From: Octopus vulgaris
Taxonomy: Eukaryota
Reading direction: 5' to 3'
Assembly (NCBI GenBank): GCA_951406725.2
Contig: OX597823.1
Location: 107,508,001-107,572,000 of the forward strand
Length of the DNA: 64,000 nucleotides
The translations under genes were made by a program, and so were the position numbers. The stretch's first letter is position 1. Each line of letters begins with the position of its first letter. This document shows, in pieces, positions 51,091 to 63,640 of this stretch. The notes under the pieces are model-generated. The model was not told the DNA's origin and did not search any database. It saw nothing but the letters and a program-made list of their open reading frames with translations.

Positions 51091-51879
51091 CTATTCAGTT
51101 CAAATTAACTACAAAATAACATCAGTTTGAACTGAAAATTACCAGAGTATAGTTTAATTGACCCATGCTTGCATGGAAGGTAGATGTTAAACGATGATGA
51201 TATTTATTAATATTAAAGATGCGCATTTTTTTTCTTCAATATTTCCAAAAATAGCCCTGCATCTAATGTGGGTGTAACATTGATGGAAAGGCGAGCACTG
51301 TAGACTAGGGCCCCAGATGAGTATAAGCTTGCTCAGCCCAATAACTGTTACTAATGATAAAATATTGGAAACAAGCCATACCATCACAGCCAGAAATACA
51401 AATTTTACATTCTATATGGAAACTCTCTTGACCAAAATATATAAAACTATATAGTTGATCTCAAAGATGAAGTTGAAATACAATACTATCATAACATAAT
51501 TTATTTATGATAAATTTATGGTTTTATACTTTATTCCAGTATACTCACACAACATTGTATTTACATGCACAAAATCATAAATTTTCTTCAATAAAAGCAC
51601 TTTAAAATATTTTTCAATAAGCCTATGATAAACCATACGAAATTTACTTTTATTCACAAAATATATTTGTAAAAAGAGGAGTACATCTGTGAGAAAGCAC
51701 ATAGGATGTGATATGCACAATAATGACAGTAACATAAATAATGATCTGTAACATTGACTAAAGTTTGCAAATTCACACAGATGGAATAGGTGATTTAATC
51801 AAACCTTGAACAATTACCACTGCAATAACTGAAGATATGAAATAAAGTCAGCTTATGTCACTTCACTACTCTAAACTAA

Positions 51880-52740
51880 TGTTCTTTTACACTGGTGCAA
51901 GGCCTCAGTGGAATTTGAGCAGAGAATGCAAAAAAAGCCAGAAAAAACAAGAATCTTTTTCAACACTAATGACTCTACTAGTTCATCACTTGTTATAGTT
52001 TAACAAAAACAACAACAACAATAATCCTTCCTATCATAGGCACAAGGCCAAAAATTTTAGGGGAGGGGACTACTTTGATTACATCGACCCTGAAAAAATG
52101 AAAGGTAATGTCAACCAACCACAGCAGAATTTAAACTCTGAATATAAAGATGGACAAAAATGCAGCTAAGCAGGTTGTCTTGTGCGCTGACAATTCTGCA
52201 AGCTTGCTGTCTTAAATACAATGATAATTTTTTCTATTGTTGGCACAAGGCCATCAGTTTTGGAGGAGGGGACTAGTCATTTACCTCAACCTCAGTGCTT
52301 GACTGATCCTGAAAGGATGAAAGACAAAGTCAACTGAGGTGGAATTTATAAAGACAGGCAAAATGTTGCTAAACATTTTTCACCTAGGCAGCAACAAGTT
52401 TCAATTAGCAATAATGATGAATGATTTCTAATAAAGGTTCAAGGGGATAAAATTTTAAAATTTTAAAGTCAGATACTATTAACCATAGTACTTGGCTGAT
52501 AAACATTTTATGAATCCCAGAAATCTCAAGAGCTGAACTTGAAAAAAAAAATATGATATGGCACTCTACTAATTTTGTTATTCTTGTAATAATAATATTT
52601 ATCATTTATAATGATACAAAGCAATAAACTTTGAGGGATGGTTGAATTGATGAGCCTAGTAACAATTTTATGAATCTTAGAAGAATGAAATAAAAAAAAA
52701 TTTTAAGGATTCAAAATTGAAATGCTTTAAAGCATTTTTA
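51880..52740 (-). mobile_element. Head-to-tail array of about 5 family-A SINE copies of varying decay
   Basis: Repeated ggcacaaggcc...ggaggggacta and gatgaaag.caaagtcaac units separated by (aat/aac)n. Confidence 0.8.
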
Positions 52741-53326
52741 GTCCAGAACAAAACCAAAGAAATATTGAGTAACATGATTTTCTTTGTAAATTTCAAGAAA
52801 TGTCTATATCTATATATTATTGGTACTTAGGCTATTGAGCTCACAATTGAAGGGCATTTCAACTTAGAATAACAAATCAACCTAGAATCTGGATAATCTT
52901 GCTTTGTTTTTCTACTGAAAGCAGCAGCATCAACATAATGATTGAATACATAGAACAATAATAATTATACCAAAAACAAGAGGATACAAATGGAAAAGTA
53001 GTGATGCTATAATTGCATTATTTTTTAAGTGTTTAGATTGTATTACTAACAAGAGAGAAAGAGAGAGGAAGGAAGATATATATATATATATACACATACA
53101 CACACACAGACATGAAATTACTATATCTTATAGACTTATAGACAGAAATAAAATGTTAATTCAGTTGACTGTCAGTGAAGAATTGCGGATACACAGAGAA
53201 TACTATCAACATATGTACACGCATAACCTAATTTTATGGAAAGAAAATCAATAGCTTGTTAATATGAAATTATTTCTAAATTCTCAAAAACAAGATAAAA
53301 AGAATGAATTATATATGTGTATGTGC

Positions 53327-53381
<55 letters not shown>

Positions 53382-53398
53382 TGTATATACAATCTATC

Positions 53399-53462
<64 letters not shown>

Positions 53463-53926
53463 CACATATGCATGTGTGTATGCTATGCTGGTGACAAAGT
53501 GCATCCAGCTGCAGAAAATCTCTAACAAATTCATTGTGATCCATGAAAGGATGGAAAATTAGATACTGACCTGATGATGACACTGATGCATACATACATA
53601 TATACACACACACACATATATATGCATACATTATATAATGAAACAAATTCTATCATGATGTATAGTTAAATTTTAGAACAGATAGTAAGAATCTATTAAT
53701 CTCACAAAAAATTTTACGAGCCCACTTTTCAGAAAGATATTCTATTCTCAATCAAAACAGAAATAAATTCTCAGAATTCTATTATTAACTTCAACTAAAA
53801 ATTATTTTTAAAAATATGCAGTTGCAATAATTTTACATGCACAGAAAAAAAAGGAGGGACAAGATAACCAATGTTGTCTCAAGAATATGATCAGAACAGA
53901 TATTTATTAAATTGTACAGGGCAAAA

Positions 53927-53980
53927 TTAGTCCCCTCCCATGCAAACTTTACATGTAAAGTTTGCATGGGAGGGGACTAA
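53927..53980. repeat. Perfect 54-bp palindrome with no spacer
   Basis: ttagtcccctcccatgcaaactttaca|tgtaaagtttgcatgggaggggactaa. Confidence 0.97.
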
Positions 53981-55837
53981 ATATATGCCAGGGAGACTAC
54001 CTAATACTAATCCAGTCAGTTTATATATTGTTGACAGTGAATGCTTATTAGATCTGCCCTGAAAAGAAATTAAAGTTTACTAACAGGTAATAGTTCCCAA
54101 AATTAACTAGGAATATCATAGATTATGAGTAACTAATGGCCTGATCTTTGGAAATATGAAAAATATGGCTACAACTTAAATGTCATCAATTCTTACAAAT
54201 GATTCAATAAATGAATAAAAATATTAACACACCATTAAACCAAAGTGAAACAGAGCAAACTAAAATACTTGGTATATAAATGAAAAACAAGGAAGAAAAT
54301 ATTGGCAACTGGTTGGCCTTTTCTCTTCTAGAAAAAGAAAAGGAAAAAACTAATGTTTTTGTCTTTTGTCATGGACTATACCTACAGCTATAATAGAAGC
54401 TGCAGTTGCTGCTACTGAAATTCTACTACCATTTCTAGCATATCATTTACTGAGAACTGCTGAAATAGTCTTGGGTAGGGAAGAAAGAGAGAAAAGAGTA
54501 GGGCAAAAATATCAAGAAGAAATATCTTAGAAGAAGAGAATAAAAAGCCTAAAAATAACACCTATTTTTAACTATTAAGTAGAAGTTGATCTTGAATTCT
54601 ATTTCAGTTCCCCTTTGCCATTTTAATAAAACTAGGCTGCCAAATGAAGACTTTTTCAGCACTTAGGTAATTTAAGTTCAAATACTGGACAAAAAGTATA
54701 CTATATTTTGAAACACTTGTTTAAAATGGATGTGTTTACTGTAGTAAGCCTGGTGACATGAGAAAAAGTATGAGCAGAAAGGAACCAATTAACCTCACTA
54801 CAGTCCTTGAAGTTATTCTGTATAAATTAATTTTTATTCTTCACTGACCAGAGACAAAGAGAAGGTAACAGACAATGTTGTTTATGCAAGCAATAAAATG
54901 TTTAGAACATAAATTGCTTTAATTTAAATTCATCTAATTTTTCTTTCAAATTAAAAGTATATATTTTGCTATTTAAATATTTTTTTAAAAAAGTTAATTA
55001 GGAGTGTGCATGTTCAAGCGTGTCACACAATTTTTTATACAACAATTCATGTATATTCAATAAGTTATTGAGTACATAAGCATTTGCTACATGTGTGTGT
55101 ATATGTATATATATAATGAACATACATGTGAAAAAGTTTGCAATTAATGAACCATTTCTCGTATGCTGTGGATGGTGGTCCTTTTAGATATGAATGTGAG
55201 TGCATAGCAATTTTTCATAAAGTAAAGTTTCATGTGACCAATTGACTCTGGAGGATGTGGAAGTAGAAAACTATAAAAAACATTATCAGCAGAACTAAAC
55301 TATGATTATTATATAGCTCTCTCTCTCTCTCTCACTCACATACACACACACAAATGCAAACAACAACAAAAGAACCCATGGCAAAAATAAATGTAATGAT
55401 CAGAGACAGAGTGATTCCAATCCTGACAAGATTCACGAAGTCATTTTCACTATGTACAGTAAGGTTACCTTACCAAGGATCTCTTTAAATATTTGCTATT
55501 GTATTCTAGGCATAAACTATATAAAATAAAATTAAAAAAAGCCATAATGTTAAATAATGGACCTCGAAAACATTTCATCCTGAACTTGAGCTGTTTTAAG
55601 ACAGAGAATGTATCTTATCTCCCTTTGATTTCCCCCCTCCTCACTGTGTGTGTGTGTGCATCGCTGAATGCAAATTTATATAAGATTCTATTAAACATAC
55701 ACAAACTCACCAGGCACAAACAGAATGTTGGGTTAGATTACTAGCTTAGTACCTCATACTTTATGACTTCAAGCCCCAGTAAAATCAATTTTCCTTTGTG
55801 TATGTATTGTAAATATCTCTTTGATGTTTATCGGCAA

Positions 55838-56150
55838 TTGACTAGTATTTTATTTTATTAACCCTGGAAGGATAAAAGATAAAGTTCAACTCTGTGGGAT
55901 TTGAACTCAAGATGCTTTTGTTCTGGTTCTTAATTATAACACATACTGCAAGGCATTTTGCCCAATGGTCCAGAAGGCTAAGTTGACCATGACAGGATTT
56001 GAGAAAGTAACCAGCCAAAACAGATACAGAGAGCATTTTCCCCAATGCTCTAGCAACTCTGTCAGTCAAATACTAATTGTGTCTATATTAGGCTTGAAAT
56101 TGAGGGGAGGGAATTAGTCAGTTACATTAATCCCAGTCACTGACTGATAA
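55838..56150 (-). mobile_element. Cluster of degraded family-A SINE fragments
   Basis: gaaggataaaagataaagttcaac...ggatttgaactc; agttgaccatgacaggatttga; gaaattgaggggagggaattagtc. Confidence 0.65.
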
Positions 56151-56569
56151 TAATAGTAATAGGTATTTTTTCTGCTCTATTACCACTGATTTACTGGTAA
56201 GAGAACCAGAAAATTTTGACATGCATACTTCTCTTAAAATGACAACAGTAGCCTAAAATCTAATAGAGAATTGAATGGCATACATTCAATAGGAGCTGGT
56301 GTTTACATCCACTATGTTTCTTCTTAAAAATAAGGGAGGATATTTTTGTTTTACAAACAGTAATAAACATGTAAAATTAAAACTGATCAAGGTTTTAAAA
56401 TTCGTTTTTCTTTCTTAGCAAAACATCTAGAGATAGGAATGCATGCTGTTAGTGTTACATTCATCAGAATTGGTAAAATGCATACAAGGGGCCAGATTGA
56501 TAAAGTCAGTTAAAGATGCCTTTTAGAAAATGTGTAGTCTTAGTCTAGAGAAATAAATCAATGATAATC

Positions 56570-56960
56570 ACTGACACAAAACTGGAAGGAAATAGCTAAC
56601 TGAAAAGACCCATATATAATGCTGGTTCATACTTTATTGACCCCTGAAGGATGAACAACAAAGATGGTTTCTGCAGGATTTGAATCCACAATGTAAAGGA
56701 GCTTCAATAAATTCATCATTCTGCAGGTACTATCATCCTATCACTCTACTAATAATGCTTTTTAACATTGGTACAAGGTCACACACTTTGGCAGGAGTGT
56801 AAGGTACAAGGTCATACATATTTAGGAAGGATGCTGTCAATTAGAGTGACCCCATTGATTAATATTTATTCTATTGATCCTGGTAAGAAAGATAAAAGGT
56901 AAAAATGAACCTTGGAGGGATTTGAATTCAGAATGCAAAGAACAATAGCTAAACACCATC
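56570..56960 (-). mobile_element. Tandem pair of degraded family-A SINEs
   Basis: ttattgacccctgaaggatgaa...ggatttgaatcc and gataaaaggtaaaa...ggatttgaattcagaatg. Confidence 0.65.
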
Positions 56961-59578
56961 TAAACAATTCTATATGTCGCTTCAGATTTCTATAAGTGAA
57001 AGAAAGTTACTACAGTGAAGAATTGAAAACTTATGAATTCTGCTCACCTACTTAATACAAATACTTTAGAGCACTTCATAATTAAGTATAAAATAGAGCT
57101 TAAATTAAAGTGAAGTGTGTGTGCATGAGAGAGTGAGAAATGATAAAGAGGAGGCTTGCTAAATTTCATGGCCACTTTAGACACTATCAAGCAGTGGCTG
57201 TTGCTGGTGATAGGAAAGGCATCAAAAGGCAGTACTACTACACTTACGCACTTTCCTATACCAATCTAACAGAAAATAATCATCATGGCAACTTAGTTTG
57301 ATTGGTGATTGGCCAACATTTCGTTAAGTTGTGTTATATGGACATATTAAACACATACAAACAGAGACATAGTTCTTTCTTTTGCTCACATATACACTGG
57401 GAAAAGCAAACTACCCTTATACACACAAAAACACAAGCCAAAAATCATTGACAGATACACAACAATTCATACAAATATGCATAAAATATGGTAACTTAAG
57501 AACTAATCCTCTAATCTAAAATATAATGAATAATCAGAGAAAAAAGTGTGTGTGTGTATAGAGATATGTATGTATAATAAGTAATTTGCCTACATGCTAG
57601 GTTAGGCTATCTATTTTTTTATATATCAGCTTAACCCAGTAAAAAGAAACATGAAGAGATGATGTTAACAAATTTAGAAATTTCAACACATACATACAAA
57701 TACGGAGACAGGAGAATATTTTTTAAGTAAAATCTACTCCATGCTCTAATATCTTGATATGACAGACAGAATATTCAGCAAGAGAGAAGTGAAAGTAAAT
57801 TTTTCTAAAAAAAAAATGTATACATATAATTATCATGTAGTGAGCAATGTAAGTTATCAACTCCAGATACACTGTTTATAAATTGGTTTCATGTCCTGGT
57901 TATAACTATTTTCACTTATGCCAATAATTCACACAGGATAAAGGTGTGAATGCTGCATTATTTCATTTACCCTTCCTCTAAAAGTATTAGATTTTTGACT
58001 GGAAAGTAACCTATGATGTAGGGTAACATTTATGGGAGAGTAAAAGAGTGAAGAACTGAAGCAAACCTGGAGGAATGGGCCTCTCAGGGAATATATCACT
58101 TAATGACATATAATGCCACTATTCTACACACAATAATGTTTCAGGGTTAAAGTAGTGACAAGCTGTGACAAATCATATACTCAGTTGTCCATATCTCTCA
58201 GTCTAGATGGTTTTTAGAAATGTAGCCACGTCTATGTATAGCTGTAACCTTTATCATTTTTAAAGTGAGCAGCCGAGATCCCCTGTATTTATCAGAAGCT
58301 ATTCCAGTATACATTTCCTTGACTAACAGCATAAAAATATACTCATTCTCAAGTAGTGCTTACTGACAAGCTTGATGTATTTTACTGAAAAATGTCAAAA
58401 CAGTGAATAAAGTACCATGAACTGACCAATCCTAACAGAAACCTGATTGTGAATTCATAAAAAGATTAATTACTAGAAAACATAGGATTGAAACTCTTTT
58501 CACTGATGCAGCCGGCACAGTACTACAATTACAAAACCTTTTGAGGTTTACATTCAAGAACATTAAAAAATAGGAGCAAAATCAAATAGCAACAATTATA
58601 TGTAAAATCCTGATCCTGGTTTTACTGATTACATCTATTTCTCAGTAACTAAACACATTTTTCTCTCCTTTTTCTCTCTCACACACACACGTGTGTATGT
58701 CTAGCAACACAATCTGAATAAACTTGAATATTACTGATATTATTCCGGTTGGATTCTCATGTAATTTGGTAGAGAAATAATGAATAAAATTGTAAGTATT
58801 ATAAATACATCAGCTTTCATGTATTTTTTCAAACATAAAATCAAGCTTCAATTAAACACAGGTAAATTTCTTGCTAGTGCAAACTTATAATGTCTGTACA
58901 GAAGAACAGTGATTCATTGACTTTTACATCTGTGCTGCATGGGGAATATAGAAAGTTTAAAAAAAGAAAATATTTTAAAGTTAGAAAACTTAAAAAGAAA
59001 CAGAGGTAACTATTACTTCTCAAATTTTATTAATCATACTCGAATATAACAAAATAAGAATACAGTTTTCAGAGATGATCAAGCATTTGTATGAATTTTC
59101 TAAAGCATTAAAGTGCATTTAAAAAAATCTAATTGCACATCTTGACATCTTGTACATAAAATATAAACTTGTGATTATGGAGTTAGTATTCAAATATGAT
59201 AACTTCAAAGTAAACAACCACTGAGTTATGTAGCCTACTTTATATCATTATGTCCAAATCATGATAAAGCAACACTCCCTAGCCAATAATCGATTTCATA
59301 GGAAATAAATGAGTGAACTGGATTATATTAATATCAGTGCAGAACAATGAAACAAAGCAAAGTTATATAATTTGATATGGAAAATGAGATGCTTATACAA
59401 GTTTATAAGACACCACAAAAACTTACATAAGATGCTGTGGTGCATGAAATAGTCAGTGTGTGTATGTGATTTCACTTAGGAATAGTCACACTAATAACCT
59501 GGTGTTAGAACTTAATATACATATGCTGCAAAGCATCTGTCAAGTACAGAATAGTAATAAGAAATTGAAATGACAAAG

Positions 59579-59783
59579 GAACTTAATTAGCTTACAGCTG
59601 TTTCTCTTATGGAATGCAATGCACTCACAGTAGACTACTTGTGTATCAACCTATAGCTTCATTGGTTATTCAAAAATAAAGCATTTCATTTTTGAAGCTC
59701 TGATGAAGCTATAATGTGTTACATAAGTACTCTATGAGTGCATTGCATCTCATAACAGAAACAGCTGTAAGCTAATGAAGTTC
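59579..59783. mobile_element. Approximately 100-bp-arm inverted repeat resembling a palindromic Penelope-like pseudo-LTR remnant
   Basis: gaacttaattagcttacagctgtttct...ttcaaaaat pairs with atttttgaa...agaaacagctgtaagctaatgaagttc. Each arm carries hammerhead core boxes. Confidence 0.75.
59696..59773 (+). ncRNA. Candidate type I minimal hammerhead ribozyme (degenerate stem II)
   Basis: agct-CTGATGA(59700-59706)-51 nt-GAAA(59758-59761)-c-agct-g-TA-agct. Core boxes are in the correct order, loop III is palindromic, and stem I has 4 bp. Confidence 0.6.
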
Positions 59784-60883
59784 ATGACATTTTAAAAATT
59801 TTCTTGTCATTTTCATACACACACACAAAGAAATATATGCAGATGATCATATTTTGCTTTTTTCTGTTTGATTATTATGAAATATGGACAGATGTATCAA
59901 ATTATAAAAAGAAAACCTACACAAAAGAAATAAAACAACTAAGTATTACTAACATTTTAATAATTAACAAGCAGAAAAGATAAACAACCTACTAAAAGCA
60001 ATAACTGGATACAAATATCTAAAGTGAAACAATATGTATATATAATAAAATTACTATTTTAGAGCACATTTAAGAATTACAATGGAACATTTACTGATGG
60101 TGTGTGACTCTACATAAAGGGTAAAATTTATTGCAAATATCAGATTAAGACTTCACAATATATTGCAAATGATAAATTATGGGATACGACATAATTTGTA
60201 AGAGAAAAGACAGAGGTAAATAAATGATGTTAAATCTAGAGTATATGGAGGCATCACAGTATATCTTGTATAATACATCTGAAACTACATACATTTGTGT
60301 TACCTGTCATATAACAAGTAATACTGGAAATATATTTTGCTACTGAGCAGTATCAAGTAATGTTTCCTGATGCAATAATTATAATTTTAATTTTCTATTT
60401 CACAGCATTTATAGAAAATAATGAAAATGAGTAACGTTTTCATAATAATAATCATAATAACTATATATTACCTATAGCAATAATACTGTTTAACTATAAG
60501 TTAATTAAATTTAAAATGTAACATTAATTCCAAATAATGCAATGTGACTTTTGTAGCATGACCAAGCAATCAACAATAAGTATTATTAGAGCTGATGATG
60601 ATGGATATTTAATATATTCCCTCACCACAGCCAATATCTATCTTTGTCTGTCTGTCTGTCTGTCTATCTATCTACACACACACACACACAAATTGCATAT
60701 GATCCCCTTGGGCTAAAACCTTTTTGATGACAATACTAGTTGATAACATTAAGCAAAAAAGTTAAGGTCCAACTGATTTTGGCAATAAACCAGTTGAAAA
60801 TAGCTAGATTTCATTTTATATGTATGTGTGTCTGTGGATATGTATATATGTACATATATATTTCACATGCACACATGTACAGT

Positions 60884-61090
60884 CATCATCATCATCATTT
60901 GATATCCATATTCCATGCCTTGATGGGTTGGGTGGTTCAATAGAGTTAAAAGGCAGCATTAAGATCCAATGTCTGCTTTGGCATGGTTTCTACAGCCGGA
61001 TGTCCTTTTTAATTCCAATCACTTTAGTGAGAGTACTGTGTGCTTTCTTTTTCATGGAACCAGCACAAGTGAGGTTACTTTACATCAGGT
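60884..61090 (-). mobile_element. (GAT)n-tailed retroposon 3' portion
   Basis: (cat)n ttgatatccatattccatgccttgatgggttgg...ggcatggtttctacagccggatgtcc. Confidence 0.7.
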
Positions 61091-61753
61091 GCTGAGAGGC
61101 TAAAGTATGATAGAGGGATAGGAATGTCTTGCTACAGGGAAAGACACATGGCTAACCAAATAATAAAGGTGAGAAATGATGGTGGAGAATATGTGCCAGA
61201 TTGCATCCACAAAGTGGAAGATGGCTAGGTGGGAAGCTTTAAGAGTGTGAAAAAAGAGTGATAGATGGCTAAAGATGAGGTAGAGGTGAATACAGTGAAT
61301 GGTGAGCAGGAATAAAGGGGCATACTCAATGGTTAATCTCTTTGGGAAGGGGAAGTAAAAGGAAATAACATGAGTGGGTGATATGTGGAGATTAACATTA
61401 TAATATACCCACTCCATACATAAAGAGGACAAATAGAAAGATGTGAAGGGGGTAGTTAACAGTGACAGAGCTGGAAGTGAGAGGTATGCAGGAGTGGATA
61501 TAGGGACAAAAAAGGTGGGAGGGGTTGTCGATGGCAGACATGAGAGGGTGTTCAGGGAAAATAAAATGGTATGGGATGACGTTGAAAATGTGTGATGTGT
61601 GACAAGGGAAGTGGTTCCAAGGAGAGGGATAACCGGTAGCACAAAGAGGGGATGGAATATAATTTCAGTAACTGAGGAATAGTGCCGTAGTTTGAAAGGT
61701 GAAAGAGAGACGGGCACACATGTATACACATATAAGTATATACATAAACAGAA

Positions 61754-61785
<32 letters not shown>

Positions 61786-62369
61786 TTGTGTGTGCATTAT
61801 GCATGTAAATGTTTGCATATAATATATATATGTATGTATTTATGCACATACAAGTACATCCTTACACACACATTATGTGTATTTGTGTGTACACATGTGT
61901 GTGTGTGTGTGCGTGCGCACGCACTCATATAAAGTGAAAGAAAGACTAAGTCCTCTATGATATAAGAAGCAATCTATAGCACAAGCCATTCACTGTGGTA
62001 TTCTGTATTGCAAGTCCTTCCTACTTCTAAATGAAAACAACATTAATATAGGAGGAAGCAGTCATAGTAGCAGAACTGGAAGATGAAATAGAGGAATAAT
62101 TTTAGGAGGCAAAGGTGGAGGAAGTGAATCATTAACTGATATTACATGCGGGGGGGGGGGGGGTAGTAACAGGAGACAGAGCATATATGTACACATACAC
62201 ACATCTATATACATACACAGACATACATCATCATTTAATGTCCGTTTTTTATAAATATATATATATTCAAATATATACATACACACACATACCCACACAT
62301 TTGCTAAAATAGATCTTACAAGAACAATAATATTCTATCTGTAAAGAATTTTTTTTAAAAACTCGCATA

Positions 62370-62548
62370 GGTGCAAAAGTAGCTGTGTGGTAAAAGGCTT
62401 GCTTCCCAACCACATGGTTCCGGGTACAGTCCCACTGCATGGCAACTTGGGCAAGTGTCTTCTACAATAGCCTTGGGCTGACCAAAGCCTTGTGAGTGGA
62501 TTTGGTAGACAGAAACTGAAAGAAGCCTGTTGTATGTGTATATATATA

Positions 62549-62579
<31 letters not shown>

Positions 62580-62777
62580 TTGTGTCTGTGTTTGTTCCAC
62601 CACAGTTGTTTGGCAACCAATGTAGGTGTGTTTACGTCCCTGTAGCTTCAGCAAAAGAGACCGTAAGTACTACTACGCTTACAAACAATAAGTCCTGGGG
62701 TTGATTTGTTCGACTAAAGGTGGTACTCCAGCATGGCTGCAGTCAAATGACTGAAACAAGTAAAAGAATAAAAGAAT
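62370..62777 (+). mobile_element. Family-B tRNA-derived SINE, full length
   Basis: Collinear with 22320-22672: A/B boxes, cttgggcaagtgtcttctac core, internal microsatellite, 3' end gcagtcaaatgactgaaacaagtaaaagaataaaagaata. Confidence 0.9.
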
Positions 62778-63464
62778 AGGTATGTATATCTGACCGTATA
62801 TGTGTGTACATTTGGGCTAAAGAATCAGAAGTGACATACTATCCAATAGTGTGCATGTGTAGTAAATGTGTATTTGTGAGTATGCAAAATGCATAACAGG
62901 AAAGGATACTCAGAGCTGGAACATTTTTTTTCTCTTGATGATATTTGAACAACATCAAATACTTGGAGAGTGGTACTTATGTCACACAAGTACTTGCCAC
63001 TGTTAAATATATTGTGTTGGTACGTTTTTCTCTCTGCAAAAATACTGGAACCACAATTAGGACTATCATATACATCTGCAACAATGAAATGCTACTACTA
63101 AAAACAGTTAGCTGGTTTCATTATGAGATTGCATTTAGAAGGTGAAGCCTTGGTTTTGCCATACTGGTGTAAATTTTCATCATTAAAACTCATGAAAAGG
63201 ATGTACAATGACTTAAAAGACAAAGGGAGCATAAAAGTTGAACAGGCATATAGTTCCTCGTATGGTGTTGACGATAACGTTCATGTGTGTTTATTTACAC
63301 AAACACATCAAGAGAAGAGAAGCTGAAGCTTGCAGATGAAGAAAAGCATAACTGATAAAACTGCACCAGAATAAGATTAGCACAGAACTATCACTGCACT
63401 ATCAACAAGACTGAAGCAAGACTAATTTCCTCTAAAATGCACACATGCACACAGGTATATAGTT

Positions 63465-63640
63465 GGTGCAGGCATGAGGCTGTATGATAATGAAGATCAC
63501 CTCCAAAACATATGGCCTTGAGTTCAGTCTGTGTACCTCCTTGGGCAAGTGTCTTCCACTATAATCTTGAGACAAACAATGCTTTGTGAAAGGATTTGGT
63601 AAACAGAAACTGAAAGAGATCCATTATGTATATATGTATC
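63465..63640 (+). mobile_element. Older family-B SINE 5' half
   Basis: ggtgcaggc...gagttcagtc...ccttgggcaagtgtcttccactata...ggatttggtaaacagaaactgaaag. Confidence 0.75.
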
